This document shows, piece by piece, positions 57,701 to 64,000 of a DNA stretch of 64,000 nt. Made by a program: the position numbers and the translations under genes. The stretch lies in assembly GCA_036679645.1 (NCBI GenBank), contig JAZDCY010000014.1:96001-160000 (forward strand). Direction: 5' to 3'. Positions within the stretch are counted from its first letter, which is position 1; each line of letters begins with the position of its first letter. The notes beneath the pieces are model-generated. The model saw only the letters and a program-made list of their open reading frames with translations, was not told where the DNA came from and ran no database searches. This DNA is from Gemmatimonadota bacterium (GTDB taxonomy: Bacteria; Gemmatimonadota; Gemmatimonadetes; Gemmatimonadales; GWC2-71-9).

Positions 57701-59228
57701 GGCGGAACGACCACGGTGCCGGCGGTGGGCGGCGTGGCGCAGTTCACGGATCTCACGATCGACGTTATCGGGACGGGGTACACGTTCGAGGCCACGGCCA
57801 CCGGCTTCGATCCCAACACCAGCGTCACCTTCGACATCACGATTCCCCCCGTCACTGCTACGATTAGTTGGGCCAATCCCGTTAGCGGTAACTGGAACGA
57901 TCCGACGATGTGGAACACTGGAGTCGTACCGGTAGCTTCGGACGTTGTCACCATTGACGTTCCAGGAGCGCCATTCTCTGTCACCCTCGGCGCATCAGCG
58001 ACCGTAGACGGGCTCCTACTGGGTGGAGGGACCTCTGATCCGACTCTTCGAATAGCTACCAGCGTCAATGTCGCTGTCACGCTCACCGTGGCCAACGGCA
58101 TGACCAATGCCGGTACGATAGAACTAACCACGCTGGGCGGTGCCGGTGGCAGCACTCAGGCGCTGAATATCACCACCGGGTACCATCGAGGTGGTGGATA
58201 ACGACCTGACGATCACGACCGCTGGTGCCATCACGACAACCAGTGGTACGCTCACTGCCCCGTCGGGACGTATCCTGCGCCTCGATGGGCTGGTGGAGAT
58301 CGGTACGGGCACGGTCTTTACCGGCACCGGGACGCTCCGGCTTGCCAACACGGTCACAGTATCCACTCCGGCGATTTTCCCCAGCGGCGGGCCCACGATC
58401 GACCTGAACACCGCCACTGCGGTTACCGTGAACGGTCCCGCACTGTTGACCAATCGGGGATTGATGTTACTGAGCGCCGATGTGATCGACGCTCCGTTTA
58501 TCAACGAGGGTAGAGTTATCGTGCAGGGAAGCTCCACGATCAACGGAGCGTTTACCAACGCCGGTACACCCACGGTGGGATTGCTACAGGTAGCTACCAG
58601 CATCAATGTCGCTGTCACGCTCACCGTGGCCAACGGCATGACCAATGCCGGTACGATAGAACTAACCACGCTGGGCGGTGCCGGTGGCAGCACTCAGGCG
58701 CTGAATATCACCACCGCTGCCATAGTGAATCAGGGGACAATGGATGCCGAGAGTGGCACACTGACGCTAGCCGCAACCGCCACGCTGGATCATCAGGCCG
58801 GCGCGTTCGTGCAAGGAAACGGCACGTTCGATATCTCTTCAGCCGCATCCGTGACGTTCAACGGGTTCGTGGTTCCGGGTACTAACGGCACGGCGGGAAC
58901 CCTTAGGATACAGGGGAACTTGTCGATGGGCGCAACCGCCGGTTTCATAATCGACATTGCCGGCACGACCCAGGGTACTCAGTATGACCACCTGATAGTG
59001 AACGGCGTGATGACGGTTAACGGCACCATGCAGATTGTTTGGGACAATACGGCGTTCCCCAGTCCGACTATCGGTGACTCGTTCCAGGTGGCAACATACA
59101 ACACCGGCAGCAGCGGAAGCTTCCCGTCCGGAGTTACAGGACGAACGATCGACGGCTCCACGAGACAGTTCAGCCTTCCCAGTATCAACGCCACCAATAT
59201 GGTCGTTAGTGTAGTCGCCTTCCCATGA
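54797..59228 (+). CDS. Large surface lipoprotein (Ig-like repeats, LamG domain, beta-helix-like tail) with a frameshift at about 58179
   Basis: Lipobox VGSC; SGNGQSG...L.ARV Big_1-like units; LamG (WSHLV..K...IYLNG...LDDVRIY); ORF 58191-59228 continues the same repeats in another frame. Confidence 0.8.
56094..56221 (+). repeat. Tandem duplication with a 66-bp period inside the surface protein
   Basis: 56094-56155 versus 56160-56221, encoding GPKARGRTPAQTAAPTDTVT and GPKGRGRTPNQTAAPTDTVT. Confidence 0.9.
58053..58716 (+). repeat. 126-bp direct repeat (58053-58178 and 58591-58716), one mismatch seen
   Basis: tagctaccagc(g/a)tcaatgtcgctgtcacg...gctgaatatcaccaccg present in both copies. Confidence 0.92.
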
Positions 59229-59296
59229 GGCTCGGCCCGACGGAGGGATGGAAGCAGAAGTAACGCGGCCGAGTCGGAGCGCCCCGGCTCACTGAT

Positions 59297-60298
59297 TCAC
59301 TGCTTAGGTGGTAGCCTCTCCAACGCAGCCTTCGGCGGGCCGTACTCTGGGTCGAGTCGCAGTGACGCCTCGTACGCCTCGCGGGCGCGATCTACGTCGC
59401 CGCGATGCTCGTGGATCATGCCAAGCCGCCACTGCGCAGCAGCGTGGGGTAGACCTTCGGCCGGCGGGTGGCGCAAGTACTCCTCCAGCGACGCGCGTGC
59501 CAAATCGAGCTCCTGCCCCGTGAGTGCTCCGATCCTTCCGATCTGGTAGAGCGCATCGAGGTTGGCCGCGTCGATCTCGACGATGCGCCGTAACTGCTCG
59601 AGTACCGCGAGGCGACCGGCGACAGTGGTATCTGAGTTGACCGCGATACCGGCCACTTCAACCGCAGTATCGAACTCGCGGGCGCCAATGAGATTGTCGA
59701 AGGCGGGGCGCACGAGTTCCGGTCGGCCGGCCCTCGCAGCAACACCCAAGAGCGCGTAGGCGAGACACTCGCGTACGAGCGGACGCTCGGACCGGTTTCG
59801 CTCAAGAACAACCACGGCATCAGCGATCAAGACGTCCAGCGTGTCAGGAATCTCAATTCTACGAAATTCGCCGGGCTCCAGGCCGCAGAGCCGCCTGATA
59901 CCACCGTGCGCGCCAGCCACTGCTCCGGCCTTGTCGGGCTTGCCCGTCAGCAGGTACACCTGCGTCGCCCACACCGCGCTGGGGAAGTTAAACGGCATCC
60001 TGGCGAGGAGCGAGCGAAAGTACCCAGCGTCAAGGAGCGAGTCCGCGATCACGACCGCCGCGTCGAATCTGCCAAGCTTGGCCAACAGCGCCACCCGTCT
60101 GCCGGCCCGATTCTCCATGTCGCTCTCCACACCGAGTGATTCTGCCGTATCGAGATAGTCGAGGGCGGCACCGTCTTCGCCGGCGAGTTCGTATACTCGT
60201 GATGCCATCAGGTATGCTTCGGCCTCGTTGGGGCCGGCAGCGACCCACTGGTCCACCCATGCTTGTGCGATCTCCACCGCTCTGCGCTGCGACCGCAC
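59297..60298 (-). pseudogene. TPR-repeat protein, probably 5'-truncated
   Basis: TPR units (ALYQIGRIG...AQWRLGMIHE...AYEASLRLDPEY); no RBS or signal peptide; in-frame stop about 70 nt upstream. Confidence 0.55.
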
Positions 60299-60383
60299 GA
60301 ACGATCCAGATGGGAGGCAGATTGAGCCAGCGGTGCGGCGGCGATTCCCCTCATCGAACGCAGGTCTTTCTCACTGGGTGCAC

Positions 60384-61604
60384 GTGAAATCGCTAAAACA
60401 CACCAGGCCGCAATGGCTCCCGGTGGCACTACTGATCTTGGCGCTCCTGACAATTGCGATGATCGTCGTGGCAGTCGGGGTCATGCTCGACGTCCTGCCG
60501 GCTTGGGCGCCGCGTTTGGGCACCGCTGGCGCAGGTGATTGGGCAACGGTGAACACGGTGCTCCCGATCGGCTCGTCGCTCGTGGGAGCTGTCTTCGTCA
60601 CGTCGATCTTTCGTCGCTACGCCGCGAGAGGGGGCACCCATCTCCTGGCGTGGGGCATCGGGTTGGTGTTCTTTGCCACCGGAAGCGTTACAGAATCGAT
60701 TCACGGGCTTTTCGGGTGGCATGATCTCGTCTTCCGCTTCTGGTACCTCTTCGGGGCTGTGCTCATTGCTGCCTGGATGGGACAGGGAACGGTTCACCTG
60801 CTGGCGCCGGCAAAGCCCGCTCGCATGCTGTCGGTTCTTCTGTTGGTGTTTTCCGCGTACGCGACGTTCAAGGTGATGGGTGCCGACCTCGAACCCCGAC
60901 TCCTCGCGAGCGGCGTGCAGCTTGTCGACGTGGCTCCCGGCCAGAACGAGCACGACCTCCTCGGCTACGCAGCTGCGTTGGCCGATCAAACAGCCGTGGA
61001 CGAGCAGGGGCAACCCGACCGACGTCGCCTCACACCGTTCGCTCGCTCGCTCGCCGAGGCGGCGCTCGCTGCGGGGACGCCTCCCGGTACAGCTCGCCTC
61101 TCTCAACCCGCTCAGGGCATCAACCTCGCGGGAGACCTAGACGGGCACGTGCTGCTGATCGGGGACGTTGACTGGCTGGTAGGTCACGGGGTGCCGGGTG
61201 CCCGTCAGGATCTGGCGGACGCTGCATGGACCGTCTTCGTGGCGGTCGACGGTCGCGTTGCGGGTCGCCTGGAACTGGCCGAGCCCGTCGTCTTCAGCGG
61301 CCACGTGATAAGGAGTCCCGGCGTCCGTACGCTAACGCCTTTCTTCAACATCTATGGCATCATCACTCTGATCGGCGGAGCGATCTACTCGGCGTGGGTG
61401 TTTTGGCGAAAGCAGATCATGGCGCATCGAGCCCTGGGCAACGTGCTAATCGCCGGAGCGGCGATCTTGGGCGGAGGGGGAAGCGCGTTCGCCCGGTTCG
61501 GGATGCTCACGTACTTGTATGTGCTGGAGCTGACGTCGCTAATCATGATGTACGTGGGGTTCCTGTTCGCGACCCGATCCCGGACGCCCGGGCAAGACGG
61601 TTAA
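60384..61604 (+). CDS. Multi-pass membrane protein with an inserted P1B-ATPase N-domain-like segment
   Basis: About 8 TM helices; soluble insert at 60912-61289 (LLGYAAAL...PFARSLAEAA...GDLDGHVLLIG...TVFVAVDGRVAGRLELAEPV). Confidence 0.75.
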   Translation: MKSLKHTRPQWLPVALLILALLTIAMIVVAVGVMLDVLPAWAPRLGTAGAGDWATVNTVLPIGSSLVGAVFVTSIFRRYAARGGTHLLAWGIGLVFFATGSVTESIHGLFGWHDLVFRFWYLFGAVLIAAWMGQGTVHLLAPAKPARMLSVLLLVFSAYATFKVMGADLEPRLLASGVQLVDVAPGQNEHDLLGYAAALADQTAVDEQGQPDRRRLTPFARSLAEAALAAGTPPGTARLSQPAQGINLAGDLDGHVLLIGDVDWLVGHGVPGARQDLADAAWTVFVAVDGRVAGRLELAEPVVFSGHVIRSPGVRTLTPFFNIYGIITLIGGAIYSAWVFWRKQIMAHRALGNVLIAGAAILGGGGSAFARFGMLTYLYVLELTSLIMMYVGFLFATRSRTPGQDG

Positions 61605-61671
61605 CGATCATCCGTGCGATCCGCCTGCTACGCCTCGGTCACTACATGCCAAGTACTCGAGATCGGTCACG

Positions 61672-64000
61672 CTACTTCCCTACCTTCGCCTTCAACTCCT
61701 CGAAGAAGTTCTCGACCACGATCAACTCAGTCGCCTCCTGCTCCCCGACAAACTGAATCATCACGAACCGCTGATCGTCCGGCGTCACGTCGTAGACCTG
61801 ATGCACGTCGGCCGCGCCATAACCCTGAGTCGAAAACAGCACCCGGCGTTCGCCGGGCACAAACGTGGCTCCCGGTAAGACTTCCACCACCATCAAGTTC
61901 CCACTTTCCTTGTAGAACAACTCCCGCCCGCTGTGCGCCCATACGGGCTCACTGCCCCCATCGGTCGATACCAGCCAGCGGCCATCATTCGTGTTGGGAA
62001 ACGGGCGCACGTACACCTCGTACCGGCCCGTTTCGTTCGAGGTGTAGGCCAACCACCGGCCATTCGGTGACACCGCAGGCGAGGCCTCATCGTACTCCGT
62101 CACCACGAGGGCCGTGGCCGTATCAGACCCCATGGGCCGCCCATAGAGGTCACGCTCACCGGCCTGCCCGCCAACGCGGTACACGAGCCACTCCCCATCG
62201 GGGGAGTACGTCACCTCTTCCACTGTCCGCTCCTCATCCCGCAGCAACTCCGCCTGTCCAGTCCCGTCCGCCCGTCGCACGTATAGGTCGGGATTGTCGC
62301 CGCGCTCCGACACGAATGCCACCGCTCGCCCATCCGGCGTCCACGCGGGCCGGTAGTTCAAGGTGCCCGCGAACGTGAGTTTCGGCAGCGGTCCCTGATC
62401 CAACTGCTTAATCCAGATCTGTTCCTCGCCGTTCGCGCGGATGGTCACGGCCAATTGCGTCCCGTCCGGCGAGAGCTTCGGCGAGTTGAAGTTCCCCACC
62501 CAACCGGGGTGGATCTCCTCCGCCGTCCCGTCCCGCGTCACCCACACGACCTCCGCAAGTCCGCCTCCTCCCGCACCCCCGGTCGCGTAGAACAGCGTAC
62601 CAGTGGCGGAGACGGTAAGGTCCATAATGCCAAAGACCCCGACCCGCAGACCTTCCAGCAGCGACACCGCGTCACCCGTGAGTGCCAGTGTCGTCTCATC
62701 AAACGGCACCGCCATCAGCGTCCCGTCCGCCGTCACGTACAGGAGATGGCCCGATACGGCATACTGCGCCCGCACCCCGCGCAGCAACACGGTGTGCGCG
62801 CCGGTGCTAAGGTCGGCCACAGCGATGTCCCACTCGGTGAGGTTCACATCCCCCCCACGTCGCACCGAGAACACGACGCCCCGACCACCGGGGAGCGCGT
62901 CGGGCCAGAAATGTGCTTCTTCCCCCTGCGTGGTGTCGATCATCGTCACGGTCTCCGGCGCACTACCACTCTCCGCGACACGCACCAGCCCGTTGCCATG
63001 AAGGTTGCCGTCAAGGTAGATGTAGCCGTCCGACCCCCATGACCCGCCCCAAGGTCCAATACCGGAATCGGCGATCGTGATCGGGGGGCCGCCGCCGAGC
63101 GACGCCACCCGCCATCCGCCCTGAGCCCGAAACCCCACTCGCGATCCATCGGGCGAGAAAAATGGGGACTCCGCGCCCTCCGTCCCCGCCAGCGGGGTGG
63201 CGTGGAGTTGATCCAAGTCACGCACCCACAGCCGGGAGTTCTGTTCCCCCTCTCCCATATACACCAATCGTGATCCGTCCGGCGAGACCGCCATTCGTGA
63301 TACGTTGCCAGTGGAAAGCGCCTCCTCCTCCGGCAATGCGACGCTGTAACGCGAGACGGACTTGGGTGGTTCCGGTCGAGTGAGTGCCCACAGCGTGGTG
63401 ATCAGGAACAGCGCCATGCCAATTGCGAGCCCGACACTCAAGCGGTTCCACGGACGCGCTGCTACACCTGCCACCGTTGCTGCCTGTGTCGTCGGCAGCG
63501 TGAACGCGGGATTTGCCAGCGCCTCGGCGAACTTCGCAGCAGTGTCGAACCGATCCGCTGCCAACCTCTCCAATGACTTCGCCGTAGCCGCCGCAACATG
63601 GGGCGGCACCGACTTGCGCAACTCCGTGACCGGGCGCGCGTCATCGGTCACGATCTTCATGATGATCGCTTGCGCCGACCCACCCACATGTGGCGGTTCG
63701 CCCGTCAACATCTCGTATAGCACACTACCCAACGAGTAGATGTCGGAACGGTTCGTGAGGTCCTTCTCGGCGGTCGCCTGTTCGGGACTCATGTAATGCG
63801 GTGTGCCGAGCGACAGGCCCGTTTCGGTCATCCGCCCGCCCGCAGCCGCGCTGACGGCGAGTGCAATCCCAAAATCCGCCACCATTGGACGGCCATCGTG
63901 CAGCAGGATGTTCTCGGGTTTGATATCGCGGTGGATCACGTTGTTGCGATGCGCGTAGTCGAGGGCGTCCGCAATGGCGGTGGTGATGGCGACTGCTTCT
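61672..64000 (-). CDS. Ser/Thr protein kinase with a TM helix and TolB/PD40 beta-propellers (5' end outside the window)
   Basis: HRDIKPEN, DFGIA, GTPHYMSPEQ and repeated SPDG motifs. Confidence 0.95.
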   Translation of the reverse strand, partial: EAVAITTAIADALDYAHRNNVIHRDIKPENILLHDGRPMVADFGIALAVSAAAGGRMTETGLSLGTPHYMSPEQATAEKDLTNRSDIYSLGSVLYEMLTGEPPHVGGSAQAIIMKIVTDDARPVTELRKSVPPHVAAATAKSLERLAADRFDTAAKFAEALANPAFTLPTTQAATVAGVAARPWNRLSVGLAIGMALFLITTLWALTRPEPPKSVSRYSVALPEEEALSTGNVSRMAVSPDGSRLVYMGEGEQNSRLWVRDLDQLHATPLAGTEGAESPFFSPDGSRVGFRAQGGWRVASLGGGPPITIADSGIGPWGGSWGSDGYIYLDGNLHGNGLVRVAESGSAPETVTMIDTTQGEEAHFWPDALPGGRGVVFSVRRGGDVNLTEWDIAVADLSTGAHTVLLRGVRAQYAVSGHLLYVTADGTLMAVPFDETTLALTGDAVSLLEGLRVGVFGIMDLTVSATGTLFYATGGAGGGGLAEVVWVTRDGTAEEIHPGWVGNFNSPKLSPDGTQLAVTIRANGEEQIWIKQLDQGPLPKLTFAGTLNYRPAWTPDGRAVAFVSERGDNPDLYVRRADGTGQAELLRDEERTVEEVTYSPDGEWLVYRVGGQAGERDLYGRPMGSDTATALVVTEYDEASPAVSPNGRWLAYTSNETGRYEVYVRPFPNTNDGRWLVSTDGGSEPVWAHSGRELFYKESGNLMVVEVLPGATFVPGERRVLFSTQGYGAADVHQVYDVTPDDQRFVMIQFVGEQEATELIVVENFFEELKAKVGK

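Noticed and set aside
58053..58716. Possible DGR template/variable repeat pair
   Set aside because: Only one mismatch was seen, both copies are in coding sequence, and no reverse transcriptase is in the window.
1..64000. Many long antisense or alternate-frame ORFs (e.g. 16533-17945 +, 50953-51855 +, 55498-56373 -, 6335-7288 -)
   Set aside because: They are shadows of well-supported genes in high-GC DNA and have no recognisable motifs.

Overview
High-GC bacterial window, probably Gemmatimonadota: it has several Hanks-type kinase/TolB genes of the 'ADRY.I.RELG.GGMATVYLA' type and many secreted or lipoprotein peptidases and amidohydrolases. This taxonomic call is an inference. Core functions present are MntH+Usp, M1 and S10 peptidases, an amidohydrolase pair, a YchF-like ATPase, a mycobacterial Sdh1-like succinate dehydrogenase operon, a trehalose cluster (glk, otsB, treT, otsA), an IMPase + IPCT/DIPPS pair, a four-gene ABC operon, a 1-Cys peroxiredoxin and a large Ig/LamG surface lipoprotein. 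Toxin-antitoxin modules are unusually dense: four vapBC, one RHH+nucleotidyltransferase, one hipBA, plus hicA and vapC remnants. Several sit behind apparently leaderless, palindrome-operated promoters. The most interesting signals are: (1) a NorC/NorB-like heme-copper oxidase pair with a rebuilt active site (helix VI His/Glu lost, HxH changed to HxM), translationally coupled to a cyclodeaminase and a PLP dehydratase; (2) a membrane protein carrying an inserted, degenerate P1B-ATPase N-domain; (3) a tRNA-Leu-like gene with an intact body but a 6-nt anticodon loop; (4) many deletion-junction chimeras (TerB-ICMT, Phd-VapB, DinB-VapC, kinase/HicA debris, OtsA). No CRISPR array, rRNA or intact transposase/integrase was seen. 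All assignments come from reading motifs by eye; no searches were run.
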